Source: Clostridia bacterium
GTDB lineage: Bacteria; Bacillota; Clostridia; Christensenellales; Borkfalkiaceae
Assembly (NCBI GenBank): GCA_017504465.1
Contig: JAFVRE010000051.1
Span: 5,218-69,217, forward strand
Direction: 5' to 3'
Length of the DNA stretch: 64,000 bases
Numbering within the stretch: the first letter of the stretch is position 1; the number at the start of each line of letters is the position of its first letter. Made by a program: the position numbers and the translations under genes. The notes under the pieces are model-generated. The model was not told the origin of the DNA, searched no databases, and was given only the letters and a program-made list of their open reading frames with translations. Shown here in pieces: positions 28,231 to 38,056 of the stretch.

Positions 28231-28365
28231 AAACGCGTATCTGCTTCGCATTTCTTCGTCACGGCTTCGTGCGTTTTGGTCGCGTACGCTTTAGTACGCT
28301 CCCTGCATCGTACTCGCTGTTCCTTAAACCGCTTGTAGCTCCGCGTTTTAACAATAGTCGTTTTG
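28231..28365 (+). repeat. post-stop-codon repeat element, copy after proS
   Basis: See 3921-4050. Internal hairpin gcgtac-gcttta-gtacgc corresponds to gtgtac-gttcgt-gtacac in the pcrA copy. Confidence 0.8.
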
Positions 28366-28405
28366 CTTTGAAGAGCCAAACGTTAAAATTAAATAACGTT
28401 CAAAA

Positions 28406-28439
28406 GTCATTCCTTGGTGTAAGGGAATGGCTTTTTTTG
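28406..28439 (+). terminator. rho-independent terminator about 190 nt after the proS stop
   Basis: Stem cattcc/ggaatg followed by a T7 run. Confidence 0.75.
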
Positions 28440-28521
28440 CCGAAAAGGGCGAAAAATCGGCAAATTCTTTTTCTTGGAAAAAGAAAGATAACGACAAATA
28501 CCAAAAAAATGGCAATATGGC

Positions 28522-28550
28522 TTGACGAACGGACTAAAAAATGTTATAGT
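28522..28550 (+). promoter_or_regulatory. promoter of the XRE-membrane gene; -10 ends 6 nt before the ATG (leaderless-type)
   Basis: TTGACG, 17-nt spacer, TGT-TATAGT. No SD before the ATG at 28557. Confidence 0.6.
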
Positions 28551-28556
28551 AGTATT

Positions 28557-29276
28557 ATGGAAAATTTACAACTTGTTAATAAGACTATTGCAAAAAATTT
28601 AGCGTATTACAGAAAGAACGCAGGGATGACGCAGGCGGAGGTAGCCGAGAAGATAAATTACTCGGATAAATCCATCTCGAAATGGGAATCCGGCAACGGT
28701 GTTCCCGATATTTACGTGCTCATTCAGCTTTCTTCGCTCTTCGATGTTACGGTCAACGACATTATCGGTATTTCGACGAGTCAAACAGCGGAAAAGAATA
28801 GAAAAAACCGTGATAGACTGCGTTTACTTATTATGCTTTTGTCAAGCGGGATCGTGTGGCTCGTAGCCACTTTGGGCTTTGTCATTTGCGAAATCGTTGC
28901 GCCGCAAAGACAGTGGTGGTTGTTCTTTATGTTCGCAGTTCCCGTCAACGCGATTTTGTTAATCGTATTTTCAGGGGTTTGGAAATATAAACTTCTCAAT
29001 TTCTTCTCCATATCCGTCTTGGTTTGGACGCTGATAGTATCCGTTGACTTAACTATGGCAATCGTCTATCCCGACCTTGAATTATGGCTGTTGTACTTAC
29101 TCGGCGTACCCTTGCAAATTCTTGCAACCCTTTGGCACTTTTTCCGTTACCAACTTATTCGCTTGAAGAATAGTTCAATGGCATTTTTAAAGGTCAAGGG
29201 TAGAAAAAACAAACGCGGCAAGGAAAGAAAAGAACCGACCGAGCCTACGCAATTAAACTTAACCAACAAAAAATAA
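28557..29276 (+). CDS. XRE-family helix-turn-helix protein fused to four predicted transmembrane helices
   Basis: HTH segment LAYYRKNAGMTQAEVAEKINYSDKSISKWESG followed by four hydrophobic helices. The N-terminal 96 aa of the track ORF are rejected because they cover the repeat element. Confidence 0.8.
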   Translation: MENLQLVNKTIAKNLAYYRKNAGMTQAEVAEKINYSDKSISKWESGNGVPDIYVLIQLSSLFDVTVNDIIGISTSQTAEKNRKNRDRLRLLIMLLSSGIVWLVATLGFVICEIVAPQRQWWLFFMFAVPVNAILLIVFSGVWKYKLLNFFSISVLVWTLIVSVDLTMAIVYPDLELWLLYLLGVPLQILATLWHFFRYQLIRLKNSSMAFLKVKGRKNKRGKERKEPTEPTQLNLTNKK

Positions 29277-29327
29277 CCGTTCGCTTACTTAGCGATTTGA
29301 ACGGTGAAATAAAAAAGGAGTTTGGAT

Positions 29328-29801
29328 ATGGAAAATCAGATTTGCTTTCGGTGTAAAAAGCGCCCTGCCGTGAAGACACGCAAGTGGACGACCGACGGGG
29401 TTACGCGCGCTTTTTATTACTGCGCAAACTGCTACGAAGAAGTTTTCTTGTCGAATGAAGAAGAGACAGTCGAGGAAAACAACTCTTCTTCCGTGGGGGT
29501 ATGTCCCGAATGCGGCACGACGTCGCAAGAATTTTTCGCGATCGGGCTTGTGGGTTGCGCAAGCTGTTATAAGTATCTTGAAAAGGACGTTTTGCCGACC
29601 ATTGTCAAACTCCAAGTCGGGCGAGCGCACTGCGGGAAACGTACCGCGCTCACGGAAGAGCGCGAAGTGCTCATTTTAAAACGCAACAACGAACGCGAAC
29701 AGGTAGAGCGCTGCCTTGCCGAGCATCGTTACGAACAGGCGCAAGGACACTTAAAAAATCTCAAAGAACTGAATAAGCTTTTATACGGAGGGGAGTCGTA
29801 A
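29328..29801 (+). CDS. mcsA: McsA-like protein (CxxC zinc fingers plus UVR-like C-terminus)
   Basis: CFRCKK...CANC and CPECG...CASC pairs. Located directly upstream of mcsB with a TAATG overlap. ATG follows AAGGAG. Confidence 0.7.
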   Translation: MENQICFRCKKRPAVKTRKWTTDGVTRAFYYCANCYEEVFLSNEEETVEENNSSSVGVCPECGTTSQEFFAIGLVGCASCYKYLEKDVLPTIVKLQVGRAHCGKRTALTEEREVLILKRNNEREQVERCLAEHRYEQAQGHLKNLKELNKLLYGGES

Positions 29802-30937
29802 TGTATAGTGAAAAACAAAAGAGTCCCTATTTCCGTGCAGGCGCGAGCGTTGCAAGCAATACAAACGGTACGCAATGGCGGGAAAGGGTAAACGCTTTGA
29901 GCGGTGATAGCGGACTTTTGGCAAAAGACGTTGACAGCATCGTCACCTCGACAAGAATCAGACTTGCAAGGAATATCGCCACCTATCCCTTCCCAGCAAA
30001 GCTCAATAAGAAACAGGCGGAAGAAATCGTGCGGTCGGTTCGTTATGAACTCAACCATTTACAGCATTTCACCACCTACGATATAGACGAACTCGGCGAC
30101 GATGAAGCCACTCTTTTACAGGAACGGCATTTAATCAGCCCCGCGCTCATTCACAACCGCGCCATATCGGTAGCGTTTATTACCGAGAACAAAGAAATTT
30201 CCGTTATGGTCAACGAAGAAGACCACCTTCGCGAACAGTTTATTACGCGCGGTTTACGCTTAAACGAGGCGTACGAGGGGTTGGGGAAAATTGACGACGC
30301 GCTCGATAAAGCCTTGACGTTCGCCTACGATAAAAAGTTTGGATATCTTACCGCTTGTCCAAGCAATCTTGGTACGGGTATGCGCGCTTCCGTGCAAATG
30401 TTCTTACCGGGTATAGCGAAATACAACTATTTCGAAGTATTGATGCCCACCCTAAAAGCCAACGGTATGACGGTACGCGGCGTGTACGGGGAAGGCTCGG
30501 CGGCGGAAGGTTACGAGTATCAGGTCAGCAATCAAAAAACGTTAGGGGTATCCGAGCAGGAAATTTTAGTGGAAACGCAGGAAATCGTGAAATGTGTTTG
30601 CGAACGAGAAGTTGCCTTACGCGACCGTATGTTACGCGAAGAAGGGCTTGCCTTGCGCGATTCGTGTATGCGCGCTTACGGGCTTCTTACCAACAGCGTA
30701 CTTCTTAGCGAAAAAGAGCTGGAATCGGCAATGGTGCGCATCAAACTTGGCATAGCGCTTGGTTTTTTCAAAACGCACGACGCGGCGTCCTTAAACGATT
30801 TTATTGCAAATATGCGTCCCGCGTCCTTTAAAGTGGAGAACTGCGAAAAGGGTATGACCGAACAGGACCAAGCGGTACTTAGAGCGGATATTACGCAAAA
30901 GGTACTTGCGGAACTCATTGAAAAAACAGTCGTTTAA
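29801..30937 (+). CDS. mcsB: protein arginine kinase
   Basis: Phosphagen-kinase signature CPSNLGTGMRAS. Located between mcsA and clpC. Confidence 0.88.
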   Translation: MYSEKQKSPYFRAGASVASNTNGTQWRERVNALSGDSGLLAKDVDSIVTSTRIRLARNIATYPFPAKLNKKQAEEIVRSVRYELNHLQHFTTYDIDELGDDEATLLQERHLISPALIHNRAISVAFITENKEISVMVNEEDHLREQFITRGLRLNEAYEGLGKIDDALDKALTFAYDKKFGYLTACPSNLGTGMRASVQMFLPGIAKYNYFEVLMPTLKANGMTVRGVYGEGSAAEGYEYQVSNQKTLGVSEQEILVETQEIVKCVCEREVALRDRMLREEGLALRDSCMRAYGLLTNSVLLSEKELESAMVRIKLGIALGFFKTHDAASLNDFIANMRPASFKVENCEKGMTEQDQAVLRADITQKVLAELIEKTVV

Positions 30938-30940
30938 CTG

Positions 30941-30970
30941 TTGACTGTAAAAGCCCAACGCGCATATAAT
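30941..30970 (+). promoter_or_regulatory. possible internal promoter before clpC
   Basis: TTGACT, 18-nt spacer, TATAAT. Inverted cgcgca/tgcgcg repeat flanks the -10. Confidence 0.45.
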
Positions 30971-31081
30971 GCAATAACGCAAGTTGCGCGATAATAGTAG
31001 AAATAGGCAAAAAATTATAGAGAGAAAAGCAAAAAGGGAACGCTGAATAGATTAAATCTTAAGCGGGCAAGGGTTAAAGAG

Positions 31082-33700
31082 ATGTCTTATTACGAAAATA
31101 TGACGGAAAATTTAAAGACGGCAATGGAAGTCGCCAATCAAATCACGGCGAATTTATCCGCAACGTATATCGGGAGCGAGCATTTAGTCTTCGGCTTTTT
31201 AAAGACGGAGAATTGTACCGCATACCGTCTTTTAACGGAATGCGGAGTAAAGCCGAGAGAGTACGAAAAGGTATTTATAAACAGTATCGATCCTAACTAC
31301 GCGCCCCAAGGTATGACCACGCGCACAATGCAAATGTTTAAAACGGCAATGCGCTTTTCCGACCAAACGAAAACGCCGACGGGTACGGCGCATTTCTTGC
31401 TCGCAGTGCTTGACAGCGAAAGCTGTATGGCGGTTAAAATTTTAAAAAGCTTAGGCGCGGACATCGAGCTGATTCGTGAAAAAACCCACGCAGAGCTTTG
31501 CCGTCAAAAGAGTCATGGCACGGAAACTCCCATACCTGCCCCCACCCTTTCAAATGAAAATCAAAGCTTAAACGATTATACGGCTATCGAACTTGAAAAG
31601 AAAGAACAGGAACGCTTAAAGGAAGAAGCGCGTAAAAAAGCCGAACGCGAAGAAGAAGAGAAACGCCAAGCCCGTGTTGCCGCAAAGCTTAAACAGATCA
31701 GCTTTAACCATAACTACGAAAGAAAAAGCTCGGACAAAATGCTCATGTACGGAACCGACCTTACCGAGCGTGCGCGTCAAGGTAAGATAGATCCCGTCAT
31801 CGGTAGAAAAAAAGAGATAGAAAAACTCACGCAAGTACTTTCCAGACGCTCAAAAAACAATCCCGTACTCATAGGCGAGCCGGGCGTTGGTAAAAGCGCG
31901 ATCGTGGAAGGCTTAGCTCAACTCATAGTCGAGGGCAACGTTCCCGAACAACTTTTAAATAAGACCTTATTCTCAGTGGATTTACCGGGCATGATTGCAG
32001 GCGCGAGATATAGAGGCGACTTTGAAGAACGCTTAAAGGATTTGATAGAAACGGTCACTTCGGACGGCGACGTATTATTGTTTATCGACGAAATTCACGG
32101 TATCGTCGGCGCAGGCGCGTCAACGGAAAATAATATGGACGCGGCGAATATTTTAAAGCCGTTGCTTGCGCGCGGGGATTTACAGGTAATCGGCGCAACG
32201 ACAATAGAAGAATACCGCAAATACATTGAAAAGGACGCCGCGTTAGAGCGTAGATTTACGCCCGTTCAGGTTGATGAACCCAAAGCGCAAGACGCTATAG
32301 AGATTTTAAAAGGACTTCGCGCAAAATACGAAGAACATCACGGCTTAGTCATCACCGACCAAGCGATAGAAGCGGCGGTACAGCTCTCCACGCGCTATAT
32401 CACCGATCGTTTTTTACCCGATAAGGCAATCGACCTTATCGACGAGGCAGCGGCAAGAGTTCGGCTGACCGAGTCGGACAGCGCGGAAATTTCCGATTTA
32501 AAGGCTGAACTTTCCTCAATACAAGACAAAATCGAAATGCACAAATCCCGTCGCGAATACGCGGCGGCGCAAGAGCTTCTTTCGGTGTACGCCGAACTCG
32601 AAAACAAGATATACACGCTTAAAAAAGCGCAAGCCCCGCTTCGTTTATCGGATGGTAGATTAGCGCTCGGCAGGGAACAGGTCGCGGCAATCGTCAGTTC
32701 GAGAGTGAAAATTCCACTTACAAAAATCACGCAAGAGGAAGGGGAAAAACTCATGCGTTTGGAAGCGGATTTACGCAAGCGCATTATCGGTCAAGAAGAG
32801 GGCGTAAGCGCGGTCGCTAAGGCGATTAGGCGTGCCCGCGCCGGATTAAAAGATCCGTCAAGACCTATCGGTTCCTTTATTTTCGTAGGGCCGACGGGGG
32901 TTGGTAAAACCGATCTTTGCAAAGCACTTGCGGAAGCGTTGTTTGGCTCGGAAGAACAAATGATACGCTTGGATATGAGCGAATTTATGGAAAAGCAATC
33001 AGTTTCCAAGCTCATCGGCGCGCCCCCGGGCTACGTAGGGTATGAGGACTCGAAAGGACAACTCACGGATAAGGTACGCACCAACCCCTATTCGCTCGTA
33101 CTTTTCGACGAAATTGAAAAAGCGCATCCCGACGTGTTTAACTTATTGCTTCAAATTTTAGACGACGGACGTTTGACGGACAGCAGGGGAAGAACGGTCG
33201 ATTTCAAAAACACCGTGATTATCCTTACCTCCAACGTCGGCGCATCCACGAAAACGGAAAAGACGGGCGTCTATGGCTTTGGCAGCGACGTCGAAGACGT
33301 GGCAACCGACGAAGCGCAATACGAGCGTATGAAATCGGAAATCACGAACGCCTTAAAAGAAAAATTCCGTCCTGAATTTTTAAATAGACTTGACGAAGTG
33401 GTGGTGTTCCGACGTTTAACGCAGGAAAATTTAGCCAAGATCGCGGAAAAGATGATAGACGGCCTTTCCAAGCGTTTGGTAGAACAACGCGGAATCGCGC
33501 TTGTCGTAACGAGTAGCGCGCTTGAAAAACTCGTTAGCGAGGGCTATGACGTTCAATACGGCGCAAGACCGTTAAAGCGGGTTATCCAAAGACGCATTCA
33601 AGACAAGCTTTCCGAAGAAATCTTGCTTGGCCGTATTAAAAACGGACAAAAAGTCACGCTCGACTATATAAACGGAGAGTTCGTATTTACAAGCTATTAA
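31082..33700 (+). CDS. clpC: ATP-dependent Clp protease ATPase subunit ClpC
   Basis: Two Clp_N repeats and two AAA+ modules (GEPGVGKS; GPTGVGKT). Follows mcsB. Confidence 0.93.
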   Translation: MSYYENMTENLKTAMEVANQITANLSATYIGSEHLVFGFLKTENCTAYRLLTECGVKPREYEKVFINSIDPNYAPQGMTTRTMQMFKTAMRFSDQTKTPTGTAHFLLAVLDSESCMAVKILKSLGADIELIREKTHAELCRQKSHGTETPIPAPTLSNENQSLNDYTAIELEKKEQERLKEEARKKAEREEEEKRQARVAAKLKQISFNHNYERKSSDKMLMYGTDLTERARQGKIDPVIGRKKEIEKLTQVLSRRSKNNPVLIGEPGVGKSAIVEGLAQLIVEGNVPEQLLNKTLFSVDLPGMIAGARYRGDFEERLKDLIETVTSDGDVLLFIDEIHGIVGAGASTENNMDAANILKPLLARGDLQVIGATTIEEYRKYIEKDAALERRFTPVQVDEPKAQDAIEILKGLRAKYEEHHGLVITDQAIEAAVQLSTRYITDRFLPDKAIDLIDEAAARVRLTESDSAEISDLKAELSSIQDKIEMHKSRREYAAAQELLSVYAELENKIYTLKKAQAPLRLSDGRLALGREQVAAIVSSRVKIPLTKITQEEGEKLMRLEADLRKRIIGQEEGVSAVAKAIRRARAGLKDPSRPIGSFIFVGPTGVGKTDLCKALAEALFGSEEQMIRLDMSEFMEKQSVSKLIGAPPGYVGYEDSKGQLTDKVRTNPYSLVLFDEIEKAHPDVFNLLLQILDDGRLTDSRGRTVDFKNTVIILTSNVGASTKTEKTGVYGFGSDVEDVATDEAQYERMKSEITNALKEKFRPEFLNRLDEVVVFRRLTQENLAKIAEKMIDGLSKRLVEQRGIALVVTSSALEKLVSEGYDVQYGARPLKRVIQRRIQDKLSEEILLGRIKNGQKVTLDYINGEFVFTSY

Positions 33701-33719
33701 CGGTAGGAGGTCGCGAAAT

Positions 33720-34856
33720 ATGAAACTGACGACGGCAGGTGAATCTCACGGTAAAGCGCTCGTGGCGATCATTGAAGGCGTACCTGCCCACCTGAAAATC
33801 AATTTAGACAAGATAAACACGGAGCTTGCCTTGCGTCAAAAAGGCTACGGTAGGGGGGCTCGCCAAAAAATAGAACAGGACAAAGCAGAGCTTTTATCAG
33901 GCGTAAGAAACGGCGAAACGCTGGGTAGCCCGATTGCCCTTTGCATTTGGAATAAGGACTATGTAAATTGCTTAGAGTATATGTCCGACGGGAAATGCGA
34001 CAAAGCGAAAACGCTTGAGAAATCAGTCACAAAGCTTCGTCCGGGGCACGCGGATTTGGCAGGCGTTCTCAAGTTCGAGCAAACGGACGCGCGCAACGTC
34101 TTGGAACGCGCTTCTGCTCGTGAAACGGCAATTCGCGTTGCCGCAGGCTCAGTTTTCAAGGAATACTTGTCCGCGCTCGGCGTAGAAATCAGCGGTTACG
34201 TGCGTGAAATCTATTCGGTAAAAGATCAAAAGGAATATACTTTCGACGAGATAAAACTCGCAAAAACTACCGAGCTTGGTATGTTAGATCATGGAAAAAG
34301 CGAGCTTGCAAAACTGCAAATCGACGCCCTTAAAGAAAACGGCGACACGGCAGGCGGAGTGGTAGAAATCCGTGTACGCGGCTTAAAAAGCGGATTTGGC
34401 AGTATGATGACTTATGCAGAAAAGCTGGATGCGCGTTTAGCGGGCGCGCTTATGGGCATACAAGCGGTCAAGGGTGTGGAAATCGGTATGGGCTTTGACT
34501 GCGCGCGGACAAGCGGTAAACAAGTCCACGACGAAATCTTATACGGCGAAAACGGCTTTTCACGCAAAACCAACCGCGCCGGCGGGATTGAAGGCGGAAC
34601 GTCGAACGGAGAAGAAATCGTTGTGAGGCTCGCAATGAAACCCATTCCCACTTTAATGCAAGGTTTGCAAACGGTGGACTATTTAACGAAAGAAAAGGCT
34701 GTGGCGGACGCTCAGCGCAGTGACGTATGTGCAATTTTTGCGCTTGAAATTATTGCGGAAGCGGTAGTTTCCGAAGTGCTTGCAAACGCCGTTTCTGAGC
34801 GTTTGGGTGGAGATACTATGTCGCAGGTTATAGCGCGCTACAATCAATTAGCATAA
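33720..34856 (+). CDS. aroC: chorismate synthase
   Basis: N-terminal TAGESHG, LRPGHAD and RSD(V/T)CA motifs. Confidence 0.92.
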   Translation: MKLTTAGESHGKALVAIIEGVPAHLKINLDKINTELALRQKGYGRGARQKIEQDKAELLSGVRNGETLGSPIALCIWNKDYVNCLEYMSDGKCDKAKTLEKSVTKLRPGHADLAGVLKFEQTDARNVLERASARETAIRVAAGSVFKEYLSALGVEISGYVREIYSVKDQKEYTFDEIKLAKTTELGMLDHGKSELAKLQIDALKENGDTAGGVVEIRVRGLKSGFGSMMTYAEKLDARLAGALMGIQAVKGVEIGMGFDCARTSGKQVHDEILYGENGFSRKTNRAGGIEGGTSNGEEIVVRLAMKPIPTLMQGLQTVDYLTKEKAVADAQRSDVCAIFALEIIAEAVVSEVLANAVSERLGGDTMSQVIARYNQLA

Positions 34857-34863
34857 GGCGGTC

Positions 34864-35940
34864 ATGGTCGCTATGAAGGAAATTTTACTAAAAACAACGA
34901 CGTTAGAAAGCAGGATTTTTGTGGGGGATAATTCTCTTGAACGCATACCTGCCCTTACGAAAACGCAAAAAAACTTTGTAATTACCGATAAAAACGTATA
35001 TTCTTTGCATTCGGAGTGCTTTAAGGAATATTTTTTAGATACTGCAATTTTTGTGCTGCAAGCAGGGGAAGAAAATAAAAATTTCCAAACCCTTTCAAAA
35101 ATCCTTGAAAGAATGCTTGAAAGCGGTTTGAATAGAGAGTCGCGAGTGTTCGCTGTCGGCGGCGGTATGGTTGGGGACGTAGCAGGGTTAGCGTCCGCGC
35201 TGTTTATGCGCGGAATTTCTTACGTGCAAATCCCTACCACGTTGCTTGCGCAAATTGATAGCGGCGTCGGCGGAAAAACGGCGCTTAATCACGGCGGAGT
35301 AAAAAATTCTATCGGCGCATTCCATCAACCGATGGAAGTGTTAATCGCTCCGCAGTTTTTGAAAACTCTGCCAGCCCGAGAAATAAAATGCGGAATGGGC
35401 GAGCTTGTCAAATACGCCGCGCTCGATCATAAAATTTTCCACGGATTATTAGGAAATGAACAAATTTTGACTCAACCAACGGGGCAATTAGAAACCCTTA
35501 TCACGCGTTGCATAGAGCTTAAAGCGCGCGTAGTGGAGCGGGACGAAAAGGAGCGAGGGGAGAGAAAATCTCTCAACGTTGGGCATACGACGGGGCACGC
35601 AATCGAGCTTTCATTTGGTTTTTCACACGGCGAAAGCGTACTTTACGGAATGGCGTTTGAAACGCTGATAGCCATGAATAAAGGTGTGTGCGACCGCGCT
35701 TATGGCGAAAAACTGCTCTCTATTATATGGTCGGCGTTAGATATTTCTCCCAAAACGCAGTTGAAAGTTCAAGATATTGAAAAATTTGCGGATAAGGCGA
35801 AATTTGACAAAAAAAATGCATCTGACGAAAAAATCGTTATGGCGGTTGCAAAAGCGGAAGGCGAGTGGGAGTTGCTCGCTTTAGACTATGAAGAATACGT
35901 CCACCAGCTTCGTTTTGCGATGGAGCAATTTTCTCTTTAA
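34864..35940 (+). CDS. aroB: 3-dehydroquinate synthase
   Basis: GGGMVGDVAG nucleotide-binding motif, NVGHTTGHA metal site. Confidence 0.88.
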   Translation: MVAMKEILLKTTTLESRIFVGDNSLERIPALTKTQKNFVITDKNVYSLHSECFKEYFLDTAIFVLQAGEENKNFQTLSKILERMLESGLNRESRVFAVGGGMVGDVAGLASALFMRGISYVQIPTTLLAQIDSGVGGKTALNHGGVKNSIGAFHQPMEVLIAPQFLKTLPAREIKCGMGELVKYAALDHKIFHGLLGNEQILTQPTGQLETLITRCIELKARVVERDEKERGERKSLNVGHTTGHAIELSFGFSHGESVLYGMAFETLIAMNKGVCDRAYGEKLLSIIWSALDISPKTQLKVQDIEKFADKAKFDKKNASDEKIVMAVAKAEGEWELLALDYEEYVHQLRFAMEQFSL

Positions 35941-35963
35941 ATGCTAAAAGGAGCATAGCAGGT

Positions 35964-37211
35964 ATGCGAGTAATCAAACCGAGAACTCAATTTGAGGGAG
36001 AGTTTACTCTCCCGGGAGATAAGTCCGTCACGCACAGGGCTTTGATGCTGAACGCCGTTTCACGCGGCGAAGCAATTGTGACGAACGCGCTCACGGGCGA
36101 AGATAGTCTTTCCACCGCGCGATGTATGCGCGAACTCGGCGCGAAGATTGAGCAAGACGGAACAACCTTCCGCGTAGTAGGCAGGCAAGAGTTGTTAAGC
36201 GAAAAAACGCTCGATTGCGGAAATTCAGCTACGACCATGCGGTTATTGACGGGCTTGCTTTCGGGCAAGGGCGTAAAAGCCAAACTGTACGGTGACAAAT
36301 CGCTTTCATCAAGACCTATGGCGCGTGTTGCCGAGCCTTTATCCTTGCTTGGCGCGAAGATAAAAACGTCATCGGGAAAACCGCCCGTTGAACTTTTCCC
36401 GGTAAATCTAATAGGTGTGGACGTGCGTTTAGAAATTTCTTCCGCGCAAGTCAAGAGCGCAGTTTTGCTTGCGGGAGTATCCGCTGAAGGCGAAACTCGA
36501 GTAAGCGAGCCTATAAAATCTCGCGATCATACCGAGCGCATGCTCAAAAATATGGGCGCGGATTTACGCGTAGAAGGAAATACGGTTACCGTTAAAAAAA
36601 GCAGTTTGAATGCTGTTGACGTAGAAGTACCAGCGGATATTTCTTCCGCCACCTATTTTATGGCGCTTGGCGCATTGAAAGGCAAAACGCTTTGCAAAAA
36701 CGTCGGCGTGAACGCAACGCGCACAGGAATTTTGCGCGCTTTTGATAAACTTGGCGTTAAATATTCCCTGCTCAATCGACGTATTTGCTCGGGAGAAGAT
36801 ATTGCGGATATTCTCGTAGAGAAATCAAATTTAAAGGGGATAGAGCTTGACGGTGCAGACGTTCCGTCAATGATAGATGAATTACCCCTTATTGCGCTCT
36901 TATGCGCTTTTGCCGACGGCGAGAGTCATATTCGTGGCGCACAAGAATTAAAGATAAAGGAAAGCGATAGAATTTCGGCAACGGCGGAGCTTATAAACGG
37001 GCTTGGCGGAGCGTGTATTCCAACAGAAGACGGATTTATTATTCAGGGCAAAAAAACACTTTTGGGCGGAGAAGTGAATAGTCGTTTTGATCATAGAATT
37101 GCAATGACGGGCGCGGTTGCGTTGCTCGCTTCAAAAAATGGCGGGGTTATTCACGGCGCAGAAAGTTGTGCTGTTTCCTTCCCGAACTTTTTTGAAAATT
37201 TGGAAGTTTAA
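35964..37211 (+). CDS. aroA: 3-phosphoshikimate 1-carboxyvinyltransferase (EPSP synthase)
   Basis: LPGDKS(V/I)THR, GNSATTMRLL and KESDR motifs. Confidence 0.93.
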   Translation: MRVIKPRTQFEGEFTLPGDKSVTHRALMLNAVSRGEAIVTNALTGEDSLSTARCMRELGAKIEQDGTTFRVVGRQELLSEKTLDCGNSATTMRLLTGLLSGKGVKAKLYGDKSLSSRPMARVAEPLSLLGAKIKTSSGKPPVELFPVNLIGVDVRLEISSAQVKSAVLLAGVSAEGETRVSEPIKSRDHTERMLKNMGADLRVEGNTVTVKKSSLNAVDVEVPADISSATYFMALGALKGKTLCKNVGVNATRTGILRAFDKLGVKYSLLNRRICSGEDIADILVEKSNLKGIELDGADVPSMIDELPLIALLCAFADGESHIRGAQELKIKESDRISATAELINGLGGACIPTEDGFIIQGKKTLLGGEVNSRFDHRIAMTGAVALLASKNGGVIHGAESCAVSFPNFFENLEV

Positions 37212-37215
37212 GGGG

Positions 37216-37225
37216 GGCAGGTACG
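37216..37225 (+). repeat. intergenic copy of GGCAGGTACG directly in front of the aroE start codon
   Basis: Sequence is aaGGGGGGCAGGTACGAG-ATG. The G-run doubles as the only SD-like element. Confidence 0.9.
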
Positions 37226-37227
37226 AG

Positions 37228-38031
37228 ATGAATAACTTAAAACTTGCCTTAATCGGCAAGGACGTATCCAAATCTCAAAGCGGGATTATTCACAAATTTA
37301 TTCTGCAAAAATTCGGTTGCGATTGCGACTTTGAATACCTTTCGGTATCTAACGAGAATTTTTTTGACGAAACGACGAGGTTGTTGGATTCATTCGACGG
37401 ATTCAGCGTCACCATTCCCTACAAACAAGAGATTATAAATAGGTTAGACGAAATTTGCGGCGATGCCGTAGATTTTAATGCGGTAAACACCGTTGTGTGC
37501 GCAAGTAAAAAAGGGTATAACACCGACGGCGTAGGGTTGCTGTTGATGTTAAAGACTGCAGGCGTTTGTCTAAAAGGCAAAAAAGCGCTTATCCTCGGCG
37601 CAGGCGGCGCAGGGAGCAGCGCGGCGCTCGTCTTTAAAAAGCAGGGCGCGGACGTATATTTATATCGTCGAAATCAACAAGAACTTGAAAAAACCTGTGC
37701 GTTTTTAGGCGTAAATAAAGCGACAGAGTTTGAAAAGGGCGGGTATGATATCGTACTCAATGCAACGGGCGTTGGAATGCACGAAAGCGTTGGCGTTTCG
37801 CCTGTTGGTGCGGGAACTTTCCGCGGCGCAAAGCTTGCGATAGACTTGATTTATTACCCGTTTGAAAGTGAGTTTTTACGGCTTGCAAGGGGGGCAGGGT
37901 TGAGAGTTTTGAACGGCGCGCCCATGCTTTTCTATCAAGCGTATTTTGCGGATTGTATCTATTTAGGCAAAGAGCCAAGCGAACTCGAAGCAAAGGAATT
38001 TTACGCAGATTATTTAAACGCACAAAGTTAA
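37228..38031 (+). CDS. aroE: shikimate dehydrogenase (start moved to 37228; the upstream part of the track ORF overlaps aroA)
   Basis: SVTIPYK and NTDG motifs, GAGGA(G/A)S Rossmann loop. Confidence 0.85.
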   Translation: MNNLKLALIGKDVSKSQSGIIHKFILQKFGCDCDFEYLSVSNENFFDETTRLLDSFDGFSVTIPYKQEIINRLDEICGDAVDFNAVNTVVCASKKGYNTDGVGLLLMLKTAGVCLKGKKALILGAGGAGSSAALVFKKQGADVYLYRRNQQELEKTCAFLGVNKATEFEKGGYDIVLNATGVGMHESVGVSPVGAGTFRGAKLAIDLIYYPFESEFLRLARGAGLRVLNGAPMLFYQAYFADCIYLGKEPSELEAKEFYADYLNAQS

Positions 38032-38056
38032 AAGGAAAAATTAAGGAGAAAACCTT

